Shown here one piece after another: positions 53,770-64,000 of a DNA stretch of 64,000 nucleotides. The position numbers were made by a program, and so were the translations under genes. The stretch's first letter is position 1. Each line of letters opens with the position of its first letter. The stretch is from contig CM120646.1 in the NCBI GenBank assembly GCA_051362555.1, forward strand, positions 13,640,001 to 13,704,000. The letters run 5' to 3'. The DNA comes from Lingula anatina (Eukaryota > Animalia > Brachiopoda). Under the pieces are notes generated by a model that was not told the origin of the DNA, searched no databases, and worked only from the letters and a program-made list of their open reading frames with translations.

Positions 53770-56212
53770 CCGTAGCAAGGTAAAAACACCTCTCTTGTAG
53801 TCCACTCTCTTCTTGGATGCGGATACACTGGGAGGCGTTGGAGGTTTGGCGGGAAAATACAGCAGCATGCTGACAAATACGGCCACACAGACGCCTGCCT
53901 CTGTAATGATGAAATAAATTGAATTCGACCAATTATAGAAAAGCAGATAAGAAAACGTGGAAATAATAACGAAAGATATCTGCTTGAATCCCGCACTTCA
54001 CTTAAGGAATGCTTAGATAGATGTTAATATTATTCTCCATTTAATATACTGATTACTGAGTATGATTTTTTAAAACAATGTTTATTCATATGAAATGGAG
54101 GCAAAGCGCTAAAAGCATTAGATGCTCTCCATCTGAGTATGCTATTTGGCCTATATACGTTTATGTGACTTTCTGTTTTCTGCGAGTCCTGTTGCTCACT
54201 TCTTCAAAATGCTTACCAATGAACATAAGTCTGTGAATGTCCCAAGATACCTCTTCTACAGATATATCACTGAAACATGTGGATACGAATCATGCACGGA
54301 TCTCAGTGGTATTGGCAATCTGTTCAACTCTATGACTGGGTTCCAACAAATTTAGATCGATCCATCTGGATCGACCTAACTCCCTGGGGGTTCACGCTAA
54401 ATTGCTGTTAATTACCCCTTTACAGCTTTTAGTAGGCGGGACAGACATTTAAGCCGGTTAAGCTGACAGCAATCTAGTGAGACTCCCCAGGGGGATAGAT
54501 CGATCTAAATATCTGTGGGAATGGTCTCTATTTTTTTACTTTTACGACAGCCAAGAAAAACAACAACAACAAACAAACAAAAGACAAACAAACAAAAAAC
54601 AAATATAGGAGAATGTTTCGCTTTGAACAGAAGAAATGCAACTGAAGGAATGAACTAGAAATGCGTATTCACGGAGGTAAGTAATACATTCACCAGCGCT
54701 TTTCTTGTTATATGCAGATTAGTGTCGACCTAATTATCCTAAGACCCTGCTTCGGTAGAGGACTTCCATTGCTGTTACACCGGTGCTGTGTGTCGCTCTT
54801 TAATTCACGACCGGACAAAGCACAATGGATTATTGAAAAACAATGTGAGGGAATATAATGTTTACTATGTTATGTTGGACTCTTCGACGTAACTGCTACA
54901 GTTTTCCACACACGTCGGTTTTCGAACGGCCAAAGGAGCTAAAATGAGAAATAAAAACCCTCTTGCACCGACAACTTTAAAATTCACTTTACCGCTTTAA
55001 TTGTTAATTTAAGCCGGTTAAGTTAATAGCTATTTAGTGAGACTCTCCAGGAGTTAGACGAATGTCACCTGTTCAAAGTAATGGGGAAGGGACTACGTAC
55101 GGTTCCTAGCGGACTATCATTCCTGTCACAACGGCTAAGTACATTTGCTGTATTTTCTCTCCGCTCACATGTTGACCATTTAATCCAAAAATCACAGATG
55201 AAACAATGGATTGCAATTAAGTCAGTTATTGGTATTTACCTATAATGAATGACAAGGCACCTCCAAGTAATGTGAACACTGTCACGGCGGCAGTGACGGT
55301 GGTTCTCTGTGACACGGGAAACCAGACATTGGACAACAGAGGGCCCGCCGCACAGCAAACCCCGCCAGAGAGACCGTTTAGTACGTGCCCAACATGGATC
55401 AGCATATAGAATTGAAAAAAAAAATTATCATATAATTGAGGTCATTTTTAGTGCGTTTTGTGGGTTGAAAACCTTGACCCTGACATGCGTTTTACCCGAA
55501 TAAGTGAAAATCAAAGAATGAATGGTCCCAACGGTTCACACCAGTTAAAGTGATAATAACTCTTCGTTTCGGCCAAAAAATGAATTTTCCTGGAGTAAAC
55601 AACAATTTTTCCATACTTACCAATGGTTAATGAATCCATTTTTACATTCAAAGTTAGTCCCTGGTTTTTTTATAAAAAGTTTGGTTTTTTGTTAAAATCT
55701 CTTAAGAGATTTTAACAGAGTATAGCCATCAATGGAGGTCACGTGGTCTAAAGACAAGCTCAGATATCAGAATAATAGCTATAACAGCCGTTTTTGTGGG
55801 AAAACAGAATATATTATATTTTTATGAGTCACTCACAATGTTTTTATTGTGAAATACAGATTTCATACGAAGAGTTATTATCCCTTTAATGTTACTGCAT
55901 ATGCAAATAAAGCGACATGTACTCTCATGAGTGTGAAAACAACAAGAAACGCAAGAAGGTTCAGTACGTGATGGTCACAGTCTATAACACCACATTTTGT
56001 AATTTAAAAGTGTTACGTATTAAATCTGTGCTGTTGGATGAATCAGGTGATCATTCAACGTCTCTGCACAGCGCGTTACCATGTTGCTATTCTTGGTTCC
56101 ATTGTAATGCAACGGCATGCAGCCCCCGCGGCGACTAGAAAACTGGCTCCGACGCATGCCCATCTCATACCTGAAAATGTAGCACTAAACCGTTTAAAGG
56201 CAGATCGTGTGT

Positions 56213-56243
<31 letters not shown>

Positions 56244-56778
56244 GGGGGGGGGGCGGCTACGTAAGCTTCAGAGTGCCCACTCTTTCTCCCCTCTTACTCC
56301 CCCAAGACAAAACAAGCAATATTTCTTCGCCATGTCTATATAGGCCCGTAGCCAGCAATTGCAAAAACAGGGGGGGGTCTATCACCACAAATTTAACACG
56401 AATTCGACATGTGTTTTCTCATTCACTAATGATTTATAGTACTTCGCTCTTCATATTAATTTGCCCTGTGACTAATTTCCTGAAAACATCACTCATACCT
56501 TTCACGTCCATGATCCAGGTTGTGAGGCATATCGTCACGAGGTACATGGACGATCCCCAGCTGGACAGGAGTATAAAGTTGCTATCTGTCCACCCAAATG
56601 TGTATTTGGCGCTCACAGATATCGGACTCCAGGTATTGAATATAACGGCTTGGCAGATGGACAGAAGGCTGTAGATGAACAATATGTACCATCTTCGTTT
56701 GTATGCTCTTGTGTCCTCCCCCTCCACGGCGAATTCCTCTTTTGGTAATTGCACCGTCCTGTTCTTAAGTTCATCCAT
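51230..56778 (-). CDS. SLC49A4: MFS transporter, SLC49A4/DIRC2-like (FLVCR family)
   Basis: Exons ~56778-56499, 56170-56080, 55403-55240, 54938-54866, 54280-54217, 53901-53771, 53497-53395, 53245-53178, 53012-52882, 51854-51672, 51336-51230. Motifs YKRRWYILF, NTWSPIS, WFPVSQRTT, YFPAKPPTPPS, ELACEASYPVAEG, MNWVL, YQRLSLD. One acceptor is non-canonical (see findings). Confidence 0.88.
52498..52627. mobile_element. MULE-like MITE family B with perfect 9-bp TSD
   Basis: TIR tgccctctaccaggg / ccctggtagagggta; tatagtcct duplicated at 52489-52497 and 52628-52636. Confidence 0.8.
54334..54526. mobile_element. MITE family A, copy 3 (SLC49A4 intron)
   Basis: gactgggttcc..tttagatcgatccatctggatcgacctaactccctggggg...gatagatcgatctaaatatctgtgggaat. 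Confidence 0.8.
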
Positions 56779-56923
56779 GGAGCGGTCTATATCAAAATTA
56801 AATAGCTCAGATTAGCTCAGCCTGGCCCCAATTTCACACACAAAATCAAATCTCATAATCAATTTACCCCCCCCCCCCCCCACACACACACACAGACACA
56901 CTTGTACTATAAAACCAGCATTA

Positions 56924-57474
56924 CAGGCCTACCAAACTACCAGACTCGGCACCTAAGGATCCTGAATTAACCGGTATATCGGACCACGCTACCCGTTTTC
57001 AAGGTGTGTGTCAGATCGCATTTCGGAGTATCATCCCCCAGAGCAAATTTTGTAGCACGACTGCGGGCTCATCCACGCTCGGCTGAACAACCTTAAACTG
57101 TACTCTTACTTTAGAGTACTCTATTTTATTGTCTCTATGGGGATATATGGGGACTTTACGACATTCGGTTTGAATGTTTTAACCACTTTTGACAGGGCTT
57201 TTTTGCATTGTATTAGATTAATGTGGCAGTCTAAGGTTCATCTAGGTGGCTTGCAAAATTATGCACCCGGTTTTAAAATCATATAGCGATTTTACGACAA
57301 TCGTTTACTATCCAATCAAGGTGACAGCCGAGCATGTCAGGGCTCATCCTGTCGGTGTTCTGGCTGATACTCCGAAATGCGATCTGACACACACCTTGAA
57401 AACGGGTAGTGTGGTCCGATATACCGGTTAATTCAGGATCCTTAGGTGCCGAGTCTGGTAGTTGGGTAGGCCTG
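56924..57474. mobile_element. 551-bp MITE with ~108-bp near-perfect TIRs and 5-bp TSD
   Basis: caggcctacc.aactaccagactcggcacctaaggatcctgaattaaccgg...ggagtatca mirrored at ~57365-57474; catta flanks both ends (56919-23, 57475-79). Confidence 0.88.
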
Positions 57475-58780
57475 CATTAGCAATAGCTTATCCTGTACAA
57501 GTCATCAATAAACAGAAAATACTTATCACGTTCAGATAAAGGTACTAATCTTAATATGATGCTTCGCGGCAAACATAGCCCTAATGTGGATAGTTTGAAC
57601 CGATCTGCAGAGTCTGTCTGGTGATTTTGAGCTTCTGTTCCCAGAAGATCCCATTCAAAGTTCTATGACTCGCTTTACATGTACAAGTACCCCTTACTAG
57701 TGTACATACTTTCATATTGGCCTAGCCAGAGCGTATCTTGACTATCTTTACACTTACCTGTATTTGGATACGTGCTGTATTTAAGTCGCACACACTACTG
57801 CATTGATCTGGAGTTATGCAAACTAAAATAAAACTAATTTTGGTGTGTGTGTGTGTGTGTCTGTTCTGATTTCTAGACGCCTCGTTAACGTGCCAAGTAT
57901 GTGTCCTAGTGCGCAGTGAAGGTTGCGGTCCCAGAGATGAGTGGTATTTTTATCTACTGATAACATAATTTGAGGTCGCAAGCGGGAAAACTGGGTAATT
58001 GGTGGTGGTTGAAGGAGATGGAGGGGGGGGGGGGGGGGGCAGGTCGTGAGGGTGCTTTGGAGTCACTGTTAGGGTTTATCCCAGTAATCTGTCGTCTTTG
58101 GTTTTGTGCTGAAACTAGTTCTCATTTTGTATTTTATTATTAAATAGCTCAAATTTGTTTCCAGGAGAATGTAAAATACACTATGTGTAGATTTGTAGAA
58201 CTTTGCCAATCGGTAGCACGTTTTCAGTAGTGCTTCGCACGTTTTAGCACTTCTTGTAAGAATTAACGTTTGTTTGACTAGTACCGTAAATGTTCTTAAA
58301 TTTGGTACAGTAATAGTAATACCGTATTGTTCTTAAGCTTAGTACGAAAGCGTTATTTAAATTGCCTTACCTTTATAACCGTAATTAACCTAAAGTTTTA
58401 CTAATAATATTTAAAGATATTGTCACAACTGTATTACCGTAATTGGCCTTCAGTTCTGGACGAAATGTTTTTGTAAACTCTACTTTGAAATTATCTTTCT
58501 ATTGTATTTTGTTTAGCATTTCTTTTTAAAGTTTACCGCCACTATATCTCATCAAGACGTGTTGTATTGTATTGTTATGCTGTCTGATGACAAAAGTCAA
58601 AGATTAAAACAGGTTTATTCTTGGTATCGCATAAACACACTCTTTCAAACAAAATCTCATAAATATTCTCACACATCATTGTCTTGATGATCTGTACATG
58701 TAGCTCCTTCTTCATCTGTACATTTGCAAATATCATACGATTACCTTTCTACTGAACCTCAAACATACCTTAATTCGCAA

Positions 58781-58872
58781 CAGTGGCAGATTTAGAGATG
58801 GGGTCAGAGGGGTACGTTCTGATCCCACCCCTTCGATTTCTGGTCCCCTCTTGAAATTAAAATCCACCCCTG
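58781..58872. mobile_element. Short cag(t/g)ggcggat-type MITE remnant
   Basis: Termini cagtggcagattt / aaatccacccctg are imperfect inverted repeats; a related terminus occurs at 39901. Confidence 0.45.
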
Positions 58873-59006
58873 CGTGATGAGCAATATATATAGCATATTA
58901 CAGCCGAAGTGCGGATGCATGTACTATCACGCATACCTGGTGAACGCATTTGGTTGTGAGCAAGTGGCAATTCTCGGTACTCTTACTCTGTATTACAACA
59001 CGTAAT

Positions 59007-59178
59007 TCATTACGGCGGAGCATAAACCAACCGGTGTCTCCCACGTCACTGTTTGGGGACGTGCCTCCTCTCTCTCTGCTAATGTCACTGCGCTTGTAGA
59101 CCAACTTATTATCAGTGAAACTTGTCTCGGTTCTTCTGACTTTAGTGCCTTCCACAATGCCAGTCACATCAACCGTAA
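59007..59178. repeat. ~170-bp segment duplicated at 63828-64000
   Basis: tcattacggcggagcataaaccaac.ggt.tctc.cacgtcactgtttggggacgtgcctcctctctc... shared in the same orientation; the 3' half is more diverged. Confidence 0.85.
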
Positions 59179-59428
59179 GTTAATATAATTTGTTTGAGTT
59201 AAATTAAGTGCACAGAACTGCGTTACTTATCAATGCGGGTCACACCACGTGTGTGTTGTTTTGGCGTGGAGTTTTGATAAAATGGTTCGTTTTATTTTCC
59301 GTTTTATTTATGTCATGTATATTCATTTCCAACAAGTGGTACATGTAATCAAATGTCTATAGCGTGAGTAGTTAGAGATGGACGCCAGGGTTCTCTTTTA
59401 CGTGAGGATTGTGTGAGGAATTATTTTT

Positions 59429-59517
59429 TTGTCTGTTTGTTTGTCTGTCTGTTTGTTTGTTCGTCTGTCTGTCTGTCTGTCTGTCTGTTTGTTTATTTGT
59501 CTGTCTGTCTGTTTGCT

Positions 59518-59548
<31 letters not shown>

Positions 59549-59582
59549 ATGTTTGTTTGTTTGTTTGTTTGTTTGTTTGTTT
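59429..59582. repeat. (GTCT/GTTT)n compound microsatellite
   Basis: Direct read; source of the three repetitive ORFs at 59409-59751. Confidence 0.92.
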
Positions 59583-60119
59583 TTTATGGAGGGGTAACTA
59601 TAGCTACCAATGCTTTTTTAAATTGTTTTCTTTTTTTAAAGTCTTATTAATTTTTTTCTTGTATATTTTTTATGACATCATTTTCTTTGTTTTTGAAAAT
59701 CTTAGCTTGTCTGTAGGTAAAAGTAGGCTTGCACTGAAGTTTGATTCATAGTCGACTGTGATTATAGTCGATATAGGCAATTCCTATATCGACTATAATT
59801 ATCAATAAACTAGTTCTATAGTACTGAACATTCAGAATAAAGTTTCTTGTGTGCAAACAATATACATGTTGACTAGTTGTCTATCACAGATAAAGATATG
59901 AAATGCTCGAAAAGCATGGTAAAAGTCGCCCTGCCTTATGGTTTACTATAGAGATAAGTTACTTACGATTCTTTTTTTTTTTTTACTTACGATTCTAATT
60001 ACATCATTTACAGAAAAAGCAAAATAGAACGGTGCTTCAATGAAAAAAGTAATTTATTTCTCCCACTTTTACAAAACTTTTTATATGCATTTGTGTTTAG
60101 CGAATTACAGATTTCCACT

Positions 60120-60275
60120 TTATCTTCCAGTTTATTATCTATTGCAAGGCTCAAAACATTTAGAGAAAAATCTTTTGAATAGGTGAACCAGCAGGAATGG
60201 AATCAGTTACCATCAGAACTAAGGCACTTAAACTCAGCAGATGATTAAAAAAAAAGTAAAACTTATCTTTTCTCA
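60120..60275 (+). mobile_element. Decayed L2/CR1-type LINE ORF2 C-terminus
   Basis: Conceptual translation LLSIARLKTFREKSFE*VNQQEWNQLPSELRHLNSADD*..KTYLF resembles the WNxLPxxLR...LKTxLF end of CR1/L2 ORF2. Confidence 0.6.
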
Positions 60276-61649
60276 AATATTAGAAACTATGTGAGTCTTC
60301 TTAACCTTGCACCCCTGTAAAGAAACAATATATATACCAATTTAAAGCAGGATATATATGCTTTCAAAACCAGTCTGTTTACTTTTTTAAACCGATAATT
60401 TTAAACATAAAAATGTAAGTGGTTGAAATCTTTTGATTTGCAAAGTCAAAATATTACAAATTCAAAAGTTTTTTTTTTGCATTTAACAAGCACGATCGTT
60501 CTTAAGACAGGCTACATTTCAACCTTATTCTAAAAAGGTAAAATATAAAGGGGTTTCTCTTAAATTCTTTTTTGCTTTAATTGCATGACGTCATGCAACG
60601 GTTTGTCAGTTTTGCATTTATCGTTTTTATCCTCTTGGGTTTCAATGCTACAAGTATCATTATATAAGTTTTATTTATTTCATTTTGGACATTAAAAAGT
60701 GGGAGGGACTTGAGAAACTAATTATTGAAAAAGTGCACAACAAGTTAATGAAGAGTACCTACATTGCAGATGTCGGTTGTCGAAAGACAAGAAAAAACTA
60801 CGTAGATGTACAGCATTGTAAAAACTCTGTTGACGGGGAATTAGATGTTCTATCCTTACCAGCACATACACACACACTCGTTAAATGTTCATGCTACGGC
60901 ATTTAGGTATTAAATGCTAGCCTTTTATCAATTTTTTTAATTACATATGTGCGATTTGTCTGAAAAGAGGGCAATTTATGAAGCTAGAATAGCCGATTGT
61001 GTGGAAAGTGACAGATATAATTTGATATGAGGGAAATCTATTTTAGTTGAATGTGGTGAATATATTATATGTGTCTTATGACCTGTGGACGCATTTTTAT
61101 ATAAATCGTGTAACCGCCTGTCGTCACGACCGTTTGCTTCGCAAGACCGGTTGATGGACGGTGTGATTGACGGGTAGTATCAAGCATGAATGAGTTTGAC
61201 GACAGCCAGGTAGGTTTTCAAAAGTTGTTTTAGAAGTTGTTTAGGAAGGTCCGGGGAAGAGGAACTGAACTATAGAAAAAAATTGAGAAAGGCTGAACGT
61301 GACATTAATGTTTTCAACACCTTTTTTCTGCGGTTGTAGATCTTACAAGGCGTAGATGCTCATGTTGAAATACATCAATTCAAATTGATAAGCTTATTGG
61401 CCACTTTTTTAATGGCAATTTAGTACTTCTATTGATTAGAATGAAAATATTGTAGTCTGACGATAACAAAATTCAGCGTTTTTAACCATAGGTATTTTGA
61501 ACCTACAATATTGACAATTTGAAAACTGAAGTTAAAAAAGACATGATTGCTTCTGATTCTGATAGAGTGCGAAAATTAAAGAGAGAGAACAAAAAACGTA
61601 CATTTCTTTCCATTATACAATACGATACAGTTGCATTTTAGTCATGAAT

Positions 61650-61651
<2 letters not shown>

Positions 61652-61682
<31 letters not shown>

Positions 61683-61730
61683 TTATTGAGCACAGAAATG
61701 TTTTTTTTTTACATTTAGAGGCTCTCTAGC

Positions 61731-61794
<64 letters not shown>

Positions 61795-62157
61795 AAAGAT
61801 AGTACTAATAGTAAATAAATGAAAAAAAAATTATACCTATATAATGTTATACAAAATACATTGTAGTAATATACAGGTGAGGTGCATGAAATCTTTGTGT
61901 TAATTACGTTTTTTCATAATTTCACTTATAAAATTCCCTACTGCAATTGCACTCTGTTCAGTGGGTGGGTTTAGAATGAAGTCAAACTGTTTGACCTTGT
62001 CTGCTAGACCCTGCAAGTTTAACTCTGGTATGCATTCGAATAGCAATTTTCTTTCAATTTCGTGATGGGCGCAATTTAGGAAAAAATGAATTTCATCTTC
62101 CACCTCATTACAATGGGGGCATTTTCGGTCTGAAAGTTGTGTTTTTGGGTTTGTATG
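61652..62157 (-). mobile_element. 5'-truncated LINE 3' end (CCHC zinc-knuckle tail, polyA signal and (ATT)n tail)
   Basis: RKCPHCNEVEDEIHFFLNC...KKRN* (stop 61900), then aataaa directly followed by (att)n on the minus strand; interrupted by (TA)n at ~61735-61792. Confidence 0.75.
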
Positions 62158-62327
62158 TCAAGACAAGTTCAAGACACCAAAACGATATGAAGGATACATG
62201 AAAAAAGGAATTTATTTAGTTGATGATACTTTGAAAAGCTGAAAGGACCAGATCATTTTGATAACGAAGTTGCAAGATCACCTAGCAGTGAATTTATTTT
62301 CAGTTTGCATTGTAGTATGTCTTCTAA

Positions 62328-62555
62328 GACTGGGTTCCCATACCTAGATCGATTTCTCGCTAAATTTTGCTTTCAGCTTAAGCGGCTCAGATGTCTGGCA
62401 CGCCAACTGAAGCTGTAAAACGATAATTTATTACCCCCCAGCAGCTTCAGTAGGCGTGACAGACAACTAAGGCGCCTAAATTGATTGCAATTTAGCGAGA
62501 ATCCCCTCGGAGATAGATCGATTAACAGTTAGTACAATAGGGTCCGGGAATGGTC
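62328..62555. mobile_element. MITE family A-related copy (internally rearranged)
   Basis: gactgggttccca..tagatcgat start and gatagatcgat...gggaatggtc end shared with the other copies. Confidence 0.6.
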
Positions 62556-63827
62556 CTTAGGAATCGAATTGGATATACTGAATGGCTTTCTTATCACTTC
62601 AGATTCAAGGAAAATGGTACGAGATAAAATTCTACGAACCTAACCTCAACCCAAAATGGTTGTGGATTGACTACATAAATGAGTTCACCACTGTGGGAGA
62701 TGGGGTACTGTTATGGGAACTGCGGGGAAGGTATGTGTATGTTTTCAAGTTTTGAGCAGATGACTTGTTTCATTATGTGCTTCATCGAACAAATGAATTT
62801 CTCTCGAACAAATTAATATTCTAAAATTTTCACTTGGCTGCGATAAATGTAGCCATAGTTTTTTTTTCGTAGAACAAGAAATGCGTGCTTGCGTGTTGTT
62901 ATTACCAGGCGAGTGTTCGACTGTTTTCAGAGAGTTGGTGTTGACTGCACTTCTTCCATCTTTCCATGATCATAATAAATTAACATATATATTTCATCTG
63001 GATTTTCTATCAAGCAGGAAATAACTGGCACATTTTATGTACATATTTTGTTTTTTTTTCCTTCCTTTTGAGGACCGACTTTTCAGGTTTATTTACGCCG
63101 TAATTTTTGATTTAAGGAAACACACAGTATAAAACGTGGCTTTTATTGATTTTCAGACTGGAAGTCGACCCTTGCAAATGTTTTCACTACATTCGTTACC
63201 TTGTGCCGACTTGCACTCTAGGCAACTACGTCTTCAATAAAAGTAGGTTTTACTGCCTTTGTGAATTAGACATAAAAGCACGAGACCTTATAAAGCTATT
63301 GCGATCCGTCTGCAAACCCAGGGACATTTGGGTGACAAGGTTTCTAAAGTCCGTTTTTTAAAAATTTTATTAGAACTCAAGCATTGTATAGTACTACGAC
63401 ATACCTGTAGTATGGATCTAAAGATCGTCGGTTGATTCAACAATTTGATATATGAAATTAAATAAACCTGCAGTCGTTAGTCATTTTATAATCCTATAAT
63501 CCTAAAATATTATTATTATTATTATTATTTTTTTTTTTTTTGGGGGGGGGGTAAACTGCTGATGTTATTTTTAGGAGAAGAAAGGAATGCATTAATATAA
63601 AGAATTGCGGTATTTACGTACTTACATTGGCACGTAAAAGTACATTGTGTAACTTCAGTAGATATAGCCTTTGGTATTATACATGTTAAATTGAGGCCAA
63701 TATCTTTGTAGAACATCCTAGAGAAGTTTTTTAAATAAGGACAGTCTAAATAATGATGAACAAAACATTTCGGACGAAGACAAAGAAGGGAACGTTACGT
63801 TTGTTACTACTGATTACGAAACGCATC

Positions 63828-64000
63828 TCATTACGGCGGAGCATAAACCAACTGGTATCTCACACGTCACTGTTTGGGGACGTGCCTCCTCTCTCTCTCT
63901 GCTGTTGTTGATACGATTGTAAACGAACTTATTATCAGTGACACTTGTTTCGGTCCTTCTGACCTTGCTGACTTCCAGTATTCCAGACACACCGACTGTA
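63828..64000. repeat. Second copy of the 59007-59178 segment (runs off the window edge)
   Basis: Direct sequence comparison. Confidence 0.85.

Noticed and set aside
59409-59751. Cys/Leu/Val/Ser repetitive ORFs
   Set aside because: Translation of the (GTCT/GTTT)n microsatellite.

Overview
AT-rich, intron-containing eukaryotic (invertebrate-like animal) genomic DNA; no prokaryotic operons, rRNA, tRNA or CRISPR recognised. Left to right: three tandem ~9-kb paralogs of an ENPP6-like ectoenzyme (minus strand, 10-exon architecture), an intronless bacterial-type CapA/Rv0574c-like metallophosphoesterase (plus strand, head-to-head with the ENPP array), a STRAD pseudokinase gene, a two-coding-exon secreted 14-Cys peptide precursor, a 9-exon ~957-aa protein I cannot assign to a family, and an SLC49A4/DIRC2-like MFS transporter. 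Tc1, Kolobok-like, MULE-like and other MITE insertions, LINE 3' remnants and micro/minisatellites are interspersed. Main points of interest: the ENPP paralogs have diverged differently (copy 1 has lost its TM/cytoplasmic tail next to a fold-back Tc1; copy 3 has lost a Zn ligand and carries a GC donor and a chimeric exon), CapA is a horizontal-transfer candidate, the Cys-rich peptide is unassigned, and one SLC49A4 exon lacks its AG acceptor. Gene models were spliced by eye and family calls come from remembered motifs; no searches were run.
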